Below, piece after piece: positions 53,886 to 64,000 of a DNA stretch of 64,000 bases. The stretch is from Lytechinus pictus (lineage: Eukaryota), in assembly GCF_037042905.1 (NCBI RefSeq), contig NC_087252.1, positions 23,190,001 to 23,254,000 on the forward strand, in the 5' to 3' direction. Under the pieces are notes generated by a model. That model ran no database searches. It saw only the letters and a program-made list of their open reading frames with translations, and was not told the DNA's origin. How positions within the stretch are numbered: position 1 is the first letter of the stretch; the number at the start of each line of letters is the position of its first letter. Made by a program: the position numbers and the translations under genes.

Positions 53886-54020
53886 CTATAGAATCTGGGC
53901 CCCCGCACGATGTTTCGTCGGAAAAATCGGCGCAATCAGGGTACCCATCGCACATCCAGGCAACTGGAAAGCACCTCTCATCGGGCGCACATCGGAATGT
54001 ACTATCTGAATCACAAGGAC
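53886..54020 (-). CDS. LDLa exon 5
   Basis: 135 nt; (C)PCDSDSTFRCAPDERCFPVAWMCDGYPDCADFSDETSCGGPDSI. Confidence 0.93.
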   Translation of the reverse strand, partial: VLVIQIVHSDVRPMRGAFQLPGCAMGTLIAPIFPTKHRAGAQIL

Positions 54021-55299
54021 CTAAAAGAAAAACAAAATATGTACACAAAAAAATTGCAGGTCTGGGTCCTGTCTTACAAAGAGTTATGATTGATCCAATC
54101 AATCGTAACTCTATGGAAATCCATCAGTGTCATAATTTTTTCTACATAAAATTTTCAAAATGTCCTTAGTAAACAAAAGACAACACACCAAATTGTCAAG
54201 AAAACAATGAATTTATGCAAATTACGTCATATCTAGAAAACATTTTGAACATTTGTGCATTTCAGACGTTGACGTTGCTGGCCGTCCATAGTTGTGATTG
54301 ATCGGATCAATCGCAACTCTTTGTAAGACAGGGCCCAGAACTCACATTTATTAGAACAACCTTGCCCACTATTCCATTCCACTACTAAATTATACTAATG
54401 CATGGGCAACAAAATGGTTCTTGTGTGAGGGATATGAACTAAAAATGTGTTTCATAGTATAATTTTACATATTATACATCAAACTTCAATTCAATTGGGT
54501 GCCCCATCAAAATAAAATACCTGCATATATTTGTCTTGTTTACAAAAAAAGACCTTGCAAGCATGGAAATAAAGGGCTGGAAAGTTTGGGATATGATTTT
54601 GTCAGGAGATATGTAAAGTACGTGCTCATCTTTAACCCTTTGAACCCGATAGGCCAGAATACCGGCCTACCAGTGAACGCGCATATACCCGATAGGCCGG
54701 CCTGAAGCCTTGTGACTTCAAAAACATGGGTTCTAAATATCAGGTGATCTTTTAAAAATGACGTCATCTTTCTAGTGCGTGTTGGGATATTTAGTCAATA
54801 CTTTCAGTCAAGATTGGTATTGATATTGTCAAAATATGCCTCTCTTCTGCAGTTGCTCGTCTGGCATGTGCGGTAATACACAGTGTAATACGCGGCGAGT
54901 CACGTGCTGACTATGTGGAAGCTATTGATAAATTTGACTTTAGTCAAAACAGTGATTTTGAGCCCAAAACAGACACCAAAGTTGATATTTCTGTTTGCGG
55001 ACTAGGTCTACGAGGAGCTAAACAACTTCAGCCGGACCCGCGCCCGGGTACTAGCAGGGGGAAGATGCTGTTGGGGCTTGAATCATGGGAGTTTGTGAAT
55101 GTGGTCGATGCAAATAATTCAGGATATGGGTCACAGCTTTAGCTTTATAACATTCTTATCAATAGTAATAGACACATAAAATCATTTTCAATTTTCAGAG
55201 AAAATGAAATTTCTTTGAATTCACAAAACACGACATAATGCGTGAGGAGCATCCTACGAATCACAATTTTAAAAATTCAGAACTCTGTTATCCTTCGAC

Positions 55300-55806
55300 A
55301 TATCACTGAACCTTCCCGAAAATGCTCCGTTATTTCTTTTACTTAAATTATCAAAATTAATCCAACTTATCGTCAGGTTGAACTCTCCTCCCCTTCAACA
55401 ACAGCACCAACGACGACTGAATAAAACTCACAATTTTGATGTTCGTCATCTCCGCCGGGACAATCTTCATATCACTGAACCTTCTCCAAAATGCTCCGTT
55501 ATTTCTTTTACATAAATTATCAAAATTAATCCAACTTATCGTCAGGTTGAACTCTCGTCCCCTTCAACAACAGCACCAACGACGACTGAATAAAACTCAC
55601 AATTTTGATGTTCGTCATCTCCGCCGGGACAATCTTCATATCACTGAACCTTCTCCAAAATGCTCCTATATCTCTTTTACTTAAATTATCAAAATTACTC
55701 CAACTTATCGTCAGGTTGAACTCTCCTCCCCTTCAACAACAGCACCAACGACGACTGAACAAAACTCACAATTTTGATGTTCGTCATCTCCACCGGGACA
55801 ATCTTC
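55300..55806. repeat. 3 x 169-bp tandem duplication including the 3' end and donor of LDLa exon 4
   Basis: Unit starts atatcactgaacc at 55300, 55469 and 55638. Confidence 0.92.
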
Positions 55807-55889
55807 GTAGTGATCACATTCCCAGGCAGCATGGATGCATGTCTCACCGTCCGCACACTGATACTGATGGTTGCCGGCAACACACTCTC
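55770..55889 (-). CDS. LDLa exon 4
   Basis: 120 nt; GECVAGNHQYQCADGETCIHAAWECDHYEDCPGGDDEHQN + T|GT (6th Cys completed by the next exon). Confidence 0.92.
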
Positions 55890-58108
55890 CTGCGAAATGG
55901 AATAGAATATTTCATTTCAATCAAGTTTCATTCAATTGACTGAAGTGAATTTGACTTTATTTTACATATATTTCACATGTGAAAATAATACAAAAACAAT
56001 ATATTTGATTTTCGATAATATTTGATTTTTTTTTTCTGCATTCATAACATTTGTATACAATAAAAGTTTCATTGCGTAACAAACATAATATATCGGTAAT
56101 TGATTTCGGCATGAATCATAAAGAAAAAAAACAAAATAAGAAAGTCATTCTAAATGAATATGTTCTACTAGTACTTCCAACAAAGAAAACTTAACATTTA
56201 CAGTTTGCAGGAGAGGATTGTCATTATGAGCAGATTGCTTGAAAAAAATGACAACCCCGGAATAAAACTCATTAAATTAGTACATATATATTTATAAAGC
56301 AGAATGGAAATGTTATTTTGTTCATAATTTTTTAATGATGAAGATGGAGATGAATGAGGATGATGGTGAAAATGAAGGCAATGATGGAGATGATGATTAA
56401 GTTCAAAAAGTTTCTCCAAGATACTCGTTAGTTTGTTTAACTCTTCATCACTCATACATTATATTTTTCATTTACACTTAGCACTACTAAGTGTGAAATA
56501 TGATAATTTTCGTTTTCCTGTTGATCCGTAATATTCGCTGTGAGTGCCGGGGCAAGAATCTGGAGACCATTGATTTCGTTTTTTCTCTCATTTTCTATTT
56601 CTTTCTTTTCTTTTTTTCTTTTAAACTATTCATTTAAATAGATTTAAGCTCAACTTCTACATGTTGTATTTGTGTTTTGTTTACATTGTTCATACAAATA
56701 TGTAATAGGAGGCTGCATTCTACAAGCTTCGCTTTTTTAGCAGCCTCCTCCGTTTCCGACCTGTTATCTTAATTATTACATATAATAAGTTTCTTTATTT
56801 TATTGATTATATCAAGATGTATGTAACAAAACTTATTGTAAATGATTGTAAATGATTGTTGGAAATGGAAAAAAATAAATGAAATGAAATGAAATGATGG
56901 TCATGGGAGAGTTTTTTGGTGATGATTAAGTCACAGGAAAAGTGATTTAATGATTAACTGAAATACTGACACAGAAAACTTACTTTAAATATTCTGATAA
57001 TAACATGGATTTGACATTTGCCTTGAATGAGTAAAGAGATGAAAATTTTTTGACAGACTCTGGTAGAGAGGCCTACCATCAGATGAATCAACATGATATA
57101 TAAATCAAACATGATATTTGCAATTAATATAAAATTCATGATTTAATTTGGGACCTAGGGCCGGTTTCATAAAGAGTTGCAACTGTTGTAACTTTGCCAT
57201 TATGGCAACTACCATGGTAACCTTGATTCTGATTGGCTGCTGAGCCCTGTTACCATGGTACCATGGTAGTTGTCATAATGGCAAAGTTACAACAGTTGTA
57301 AGTCCTTTATGAAACAGGCCCCTGAAATTGACTTGCAATCATGATGAAAAACTTCCATTTGAGAACACTATACCCCAGTTTCCCTTCTCATCAATTCTCT
57401 TCTCCAAGTACGACAAACCCTGACTGCCCCAAGCAAGCAATTTAAGTATCAAAACACCTGTTTCTTGACGTCGGTCCGAAGATAACACAACAGCCCGGCA
57501 TATACAGTCACAGCAGGGGGCCACACACGATAGGATGCATGCGCAGCGCTGAGCTCGGTCCTTGCAAAACATGCCGTCATTTTTATTCGCTTACTTTCCT
57601 TATTTCGAGGTCGATTTTCTTCGTTCGAAATTGAAAATGGACTAACATTGGACTACTGAATACAATATGCCTTTGAAAACGTGATTAAATGTTGAATACA
57701 ATAATTTCATTCCGAAGGTCCTACTACAGGCAGAGAAGTCTTACGTAATAGCACAGCTGTTGTTTATCTTTTCGTCCTTTGCTCAACGCTCATATACTGG
57801 CCTGTGGAGGTGAAATTGAGACAGCGGGGATTACCCCTGGATTACCTGGCCAAGCGCGGTTGATAAGGGCTTGGAAATGATATTTGGGAGATCCAAATGA
57901 AAAATGGGGTATAACACCGCAGTTTGCAATCTGAACTGCGGTCTTTCTCCAAACGGGGGTTTGACGTAATGATGATTGCAAGTTTCTAACATAACTCCAG
58001 CGATCAAATGCAAATCAGAATTGCAAGACTTGTGATTGATTTTGACGTTGAAACTGACCTGCCATTGACTGCCAGTTTCTTGCAACACACAAAGAAACGT
58101 AGGCTTAC

Positions 58109-58258
58109 CTGGAGCGGGCATGTTGGCGCAAACCTCTGGAATTTCGTCCGACTTGTCTGAACAGTCGTAGTAATCGTCACATTGCCAGTAGCTGGGGATG
58201 CATTCTCCATCACTGGCACACTGGAACTGTCCAAGGGCACACGGAACAGGTGTATATG
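58109..58258 (-). CDS. LDLa exon 3
   Basis: 150 nt; TYTPVPCALGQFQCASDGECIPSYWQCDDYYDCSDKSDEIPEVCANMPAP; donor gtaagc. Confidence 0.9.
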
Positions 58259-59267
58259 CTATTAATAGTATAAATCATAATAATAAGCACTTATACAGCA
58301 CCATGTACCCAGAAAAATATATTCTGACATGCACTGTTATTACTATTATCCCGGCTGTAGCTCCTGTTGCCTTCCAGCGCTCAGCGCATGCATTCAAGGA
58401 ATTAATCCTGCTGGGTACCCATGCATTCACCTCACCTGGGTTGAGTGCAGCACAATGTGGGTGATTTTCTTGCTGCACAAAAACACGCTGTGGCTGGAAT
58501 TTGAACCCACGTCCCTCTAATTGGAAGACGAGAATGGTAACCACTAGACCACATCAAAATCAAATAAAATCATCTATTTCCACAACAATGCAAAAAACAT
58601 TACAAATATACACACACAAAATGGACAATACAAAATGAATATGAACAGAGTAAGATTCAAAATATAATTTAAATAAATCTAGAAACATCATTGTGGGGGA
58701 GCAAAAAAGAAGGGAAATAATGTGGCACCCGACATTAAGTAAACAGCTTGTTAACACAACTCAAAATGCACATTTCTTAACAATGGAAGTAAGTGAACAT
58801 GGTTTTCATTCAGAATTTTAAAGTAGCAGTTAAAAAAGTCAACACGATAATAGATGTCACACAAAAAGTAAAAATATACAATAAACATCAGCATAGACAT
58901 TGAAAATGTATTGCTGTGAATATAAGTCATCAACCCAAGGCAGAAAACGTTTCCGTCCGTCCCAAAATGCAAAATATTTTCCGCGTTGGAAATGTCCAAA
59001 TGACAGCTCTAAATATTCCCTTCACCAGCCACGTCCCTTAGATATAATCTACATTTAATACTACCGTCAGAAGACAATTTCAATTTCTTTATTTTGATTG
59101 TAATTTCTTTTAATCTTATTCGATTTGATTTAATTCCTCGTACATTTTTTGCCCCACTGCTCTGCTCTGTTAATGTTCTATATTCAACATGCAGATGATG
59201 TCTTATTTATATCTTCACTAAGAAAAATAATATCTTTATAGGAAATTAAATTTGAATATCGACTCAC

Positions 59268-59621
59268 TAGATGGATGAATGGCGTTGAATTCAATTTCAA
59301 ATCCCGTTCCACCAGGATGTGTGCCGGGAAAGAAGAACATTAATGCGGCGTTGGTGTGTAGAGCATAAACTCTTCCTGGAACCGGTTCAAAGCGGTAATA
59401 ATAGAACGCCAAATCGTTTGATGGATGGCTCGTATCTGATCCGTTTTCAAAGTTCAGTCTGGCCGTAAGTCTAAGGTCGAATGTTATGAAAGTGTATCCG
59501 ATGATGAGGTCAGGGTCCTCGGTGGTGATGGCCCAGTATCGGTTCTCAAGAGCGGGGTACGGGTTGGGATATGATGGGGGCTGGACAAGCACCGGTGTTC
59601 CTTGAACAAGGGTGATGTTTA
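59268..59621 (-). CDS. CUB-like exon C1 (type A)
   Basis: 354 nt; VNITLVQGTPVLVQPPSYPNPYP...YWAITT...FITFDL...GTGFEIEFNAIHPS; cag/gtgagt. Confidence 0.88.
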
Positions 59622-60109
59622 CTGTAGAGAAAAGAATTGATATTGATGATGAGGAGGAGAAGGTGGAAAAGCATCGGTAGGAGGAGGGAAAAAAATACAA
59701 GAAGAAAGAAGACGAGGGGAGGAGAAAGAGAGGAGGGAGGAAGAAGAGGAAGATGATATAGAAGAGGGGGAGGAGGAAGAGGAGGGGGGAGGAAGAAGAA
59801 GAAAAGGGGGAAGAAGAAGAGGAGGAGGACGAAGATGATAAAGAAAAAGGACGAGGAAGATGAGGAAAATAAACAAGACTAATATCGAGGAGTAGGACTG
59901 ACGAGGATAACACCAACAACAGTCAGATGATGATCAAGATAAATAAATAAAAAAACAATAAATATATAGGTGAGCATAAGTCATCCTCCTGCAAGTAAAA
60001 TAGATATTCAACCAGTCACTGTAATTTTTGCCACCGGATTATGTGACTAAAAGTTACCTGATTAACTACACGTGCAATCGCATCATTAAAAAAAAAAAAT
60101 CTGTCTCAC

Positions 60110-60244
60110 CTATCTCGCCTTGTCCACAGCCAGTCTCGTCTCCATAGTTGCTGTAATAACCACAATCAACGTAAAAATCACATTGCCATTGCTCTGGTAT
60201 ACATTTGCCGTTGTCACATGTGAACTCATCGCTTTCACATTCAC
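60110..60244 (-). CDS. LDLa exon 2
   Basis: 135 nt; [45 protein letters not shown]; donor gtgaga. Confidence 0.93.
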   Translation of the reverse strand: MNVKAMSSHVTTANVYQSNGNVIFTLIVVITATMETRLAVDKAR

Positions 60245-61270
60245 CTGTAAAAAGATGATTGATTTCAGTAAAAAAATTAAATATGTCAATACTCTCTAAA
60301 AATCCTTGTTACACAATGTTACCTCTAATAAAGGATACTTTTGAAATTCTAGATTAGATTTTCCAATCTAAATTCAGTGAAAAAAAAAGAAAAAGAATTG
60401 AATGAACAATCTGCTTTATATAAACCATTTCTCAGTGGTTGTATGATATTCTACTACCAAACAAAGAGGGGGGTTGCAAATGCTTGATAAAAAAGCTATA
60501 AGTGGAGCACCTCTGGCAGTCTTGCTTGCATTACGCGATTCAATATAACAGCAGTGCTAACTTTGAAAAAAACTACAGAATAATCATTCACAAAAAACAC
60601 CATTCATATGATGATATAATATTCCTTGACCCTAAATGACATTAGACCTTGATCGTGTGACCGAAGGCTTGTGCAAGACAATCAGAGACACTTGATTCCC
60701 CTTTTGTCCACATTTCATGAAGTGAACTAATGTAGATCCATGAACTTTCAAAGTTACGAATGCAATTCAACAAATACCCCCAACACGGCCAAAGTTCATT
60801 GACCTTGGTCATGTGAACTGAAACTCACGAAGGATGTTCACTGATGCATGATTACTCTTATGTCCTAGTTTCATGAACTAGATCCATATACTTCCAGAGT
60901 TATGACATTAAAAAGACTTAACCTTCTCTAACATAGCCTAAGTTCATTGACCCTAAATGACCTTTTACCTGTCATATGAACTGAAATTCAAAAAGTATGT
61001 TTAGTAATAATTGATTACCCTTATGTCCTAGTTTTATGAACTAGGTCCATATACTTTCTAAGTTATGATATTTAAAAAACTTAACCTTTGGTTAAGATTG
61101 GATGTTAACAACGCCGCCCCAGTCGGAAAAACGGCGCCTATAGTCTCGCACTGCTATGCAGGCAAGCCAAAAACTAACATGACTGAATTACTTATTGCTG
61201 GAGCACTGACTCAGCTTGTGTAACCCCAATCCCCTCAAGGAGAAACCCTCCCCAACAAAAATTTTATTTG

Positions 61271-62234
61271 AACAAGTGGAAAGCCTCTGGCCGTCTCACC
61301 TGCATCACGCGATTCAATATAGCAGCAGTGCTGATTTTGAAAACTACTATAACTCGCACAAGATGTTCAGTGATACTTGGTTACTCGTATTTCCACGTTT
61401 TATGAACTAGACCAATACACTTATAGAGATATGATGGCAATTCAACAAATACCCCCAACGTGGCCAAAGTTCTTTGACCTTACATGACCTTTGACCTTGA
61501 TCATGTGACCTGAAACTCGCACAGGATGTTCAGTGATACTTGATTACTCTTATGTCCAAGTTTTATGAACTAGACCAACACACTTTCAAATTTATGGCTG
61601 TAATTCAACAAATACCCCAATTTGGCCAAAGTTCATTGACCCTAAATGACCTTTGACCTTGATCATGTGACCTGAAACTTGCACAGGATGTTCAGTAATA
61701 CTTGATTACTATTATGTCCAAGTTTCATGAATCAGATCCATAAACTTTCAAAGTTATGATGGTAATTCAACAGATACCCCCAATTCGGCCAAAGTTCATT
61801 GACCCTAAATGACCTTTGACCTTGGTCATGTGACGTGAAACTCATGCAGGATGTTCAGTGATACTTGATTAACCTTATGTATAAGTTTCATGAACTAGGT
61901 CCATATATTTTCTAAGTTATGATGACATTTCAAAAACTTAACCTTAGGTTCAGATTTTGATGTTGATTCCCCCAACATGGTCTAAGTTCATTGACCCTAA
62001 ATGACCTTTGACCTTGGCCATGTGACATGAAACTCAGGCAGGATGTTCAGTAATACTTGATTAACCTTATGGCCAAGTTTCATGAACTAGGTCCATATAC
62101 TTTCTAAGTTATGCTGTCATTTCAAAAACTTAACCTCAGGTTAAGATTTGGTGTTGACGCCGCTGCCGCCGCCGCCGCCGCCGTCGGAAAAGCGGCGCCT
62201 ATAGTCTCACTCTGCTATGCAGGTGAGACAAAAA
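61271..62234. mobile_element. Near-identical copy of the 23986-24960 element; an older relative lies at about 60499-61173
   Basis: Collinear and almost base-for-base identical to 23986-24960 by eye. Confidence 0.75.
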
Positions 62235-62808
62235 CAAGAGAAATACCAAACAAGTATAACACTGAAATTTTCATGATTTTCATTACCTTGATCAGGTGCT
62301 CAAGCATTCAAGGAATTCCTTCCTAATGGGTACAAATTACTACACCTGGGTGAAGAGTGGCAAATGTAGATAAACGCCTTGCCAAAGGACGCGTGGGCTA
62401 CAGTGGGATTTGAACCCCAGACCTTGTGGTTCAAAGTCCGGAGACTTATCCACTGAGCCACAATACCTCTACATATGTGTCAAACCATTGTGCAGAAAAT
62501 ATATACATGTAATTGCAGAGTAATGAACAAATTAAGATCAGAAAAATTACTGAAAAAGGCCTATCCATTTAAAGAGTGGTCTCATCTTTTTTTTTTGGTG
62601 TGTTAGCTACATGAGCAAAAGCACATGGTAATGATATTATCACAATTTTAAGTAACCCTTGATTACTTCAATTAAATCTTGTTGTTTCAAATAAGCATTC
62701 TGGCATATAATACACACTTTATGATTGTTTCACACCAATCCCCAACAAAATTAGATTTCTATGGTAAGAAAAAAAATCACAGTGAAAACTACTTGTTTTT
62801 CCACTTAC

Positions 62809-62922
62809 CACATAATTGCTCATCTTCTCCCATTCGACATTGATCAAAGTAGTCGCATCGCAAGGTTTCATGGACGCAGGTACCGTCAGTGCAGCGGAAA
62901 AACCCATCAGGGCAAGGATCCC
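62809..62922 (-). CDS. LDLa exon 1 (first exon found in window)
   Basis: cag|...|gtaagt, 114 nt, phase 1-1; xDPCPDGFFRCTDGTCVHETLRCDYFDQCRMGEDEQLC. Confidence 0.92.
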
Positions 62923-64000
62923 CTGGTTTTCAAAATACAAGGAATATGAAATATGATCATCATCATCATAACAAGAATAATCATAATGATAATAATAGTA
63001 CCGATAATAGTAATGATAATAATAATAATAATAAAACAATAATGAATTATAGAGACATCTGGTTTATGCCAGTTTTTCTCTTACTGTCTCATTTTGTGAA
63101 TCAATGCTTAGGCCTATACATCGGGATGTGATCAAAGAAAAGATGTTGGAAATTCATTGATATAACAATTAACAGGAAGACTTCCATCAGTTAATAAGTA
63201 GGGGATCCATGTGGGTTCGACAAAATACCATTTGGGGCCCATTTTGTTTGTTTACAATTGTGGGGGCCTGGCTAAAATATTTAGTCCAATCTGACTGGAT
63301 CAACAACTGAGATGAATACATACACGTACAGGCGTAAATGTAATGAAATATATTATATTTTTCAATGCTACAAAGAGTGATTTGTGCCAGATAATGAAAA
63401 CATTATTACAATTGTTATTCAATCAAAACCATGCATAATAATGATAAGATTCCATGGCCAAGTGGTCTAAAGGCCACCGCACACCTTACGACTGTTCGCG
63501 ATCCAATTTTGGAACAAATCGCATTTTGCTCATTTTCTGAAAATGTGAATGGAACATATCATTTTATTTGAGATTAAAATTAATTGAAAGAATACTTTTA
63601 CAACTATTTTGAAAGATTGCAAGCCTTTATTTTGGAGTAAAGGCCAAATTAGTTTCAAATCGTAGCCAATCGTACGACTGCTATGACTTCATTACGACTA
63701 GATATTAAATTTGCTTTTATTCTAAGAAGGATGATAGCATATAGTCAAAAATTTGAACATAGGTATTCGTACAATGATTTCAGACATTACATAGTATGAT
63801 ATTCCAAGTCTCAATATTAGCATCAAATTCTACTACGTTTTATTCCAAAATTTAGTCGCAGACCAATCGCAAGGTGTGCGGTCGCCTTAAGGCGCCTGAC
63901 TGTACATGGAAAGTCCAGGGTTCGATCCTCGGCCACGGCAATTATGCCCGTGAGCAAGGCATTTAATCGACAGTGCTCTTTTATCCTGCATTCTAATAAA

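Noticed and set aside
55300..55806. Possible CRISPR-like array (also considered 23986-24960 and 6715-7140)
   Set aside because: Plain tandem repeats without unique spacers, in a eukaryotic intron, with no cas genes.
59622..59919. Hydrophobic N-terminal extension of ORF 59236-59919 resembling a signal or TM segment
   Set aside because: Intronic low-complexity pyrimidine tract upstream of the acceptor at 59622.
62395..62468. tRNA-like sequence; also about 63453-63940 and the other SINE heads
   Set aside because: Stems are broken and the sequences run on into SINE bodies (one is split by a MITE), so they are SINE heads rather than tRNA genes.

Overview
AT-rich, repeat-dense animal genomic DNA. 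The repeat types and the CUB/LDLa protein suggest an invertebrate deuterostome such as a sea urchin, but this is inference only. The window lies inside one large minus-strand gene; no start or stop exon is visible. I reconstructed 30 coding exons by hand from AG/GT(GC) splice sites and phase-consistent translation (5262 nt, about 1754 aa). They encode 22 LDL-receptor class A (LDLa) modules and 7 nearly cysteine-free CUB-like domains in a higher-order repeat [CUB-A, 3xLDLa, CUB-B, 4xLDLa]. All introns are phase 1 except one extra phase-0 intron that splits a single CUB. The introns record exon birth and death: a dead LDLa exon and tandem duplications that copied splice donors and acceptors. They are filled with MITEs, tRNA-derived SINEs, LINE tails, Helentron-like elements and microsatellites. 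The most unusual element is a complete canonical-fold tRNA gene with a UCA (UGA-reading) anticodon and a Pol III terminator, enclosed by 26-bp inverted repeats (26434-26803). Most entries in the supplied ORF track are spurious.
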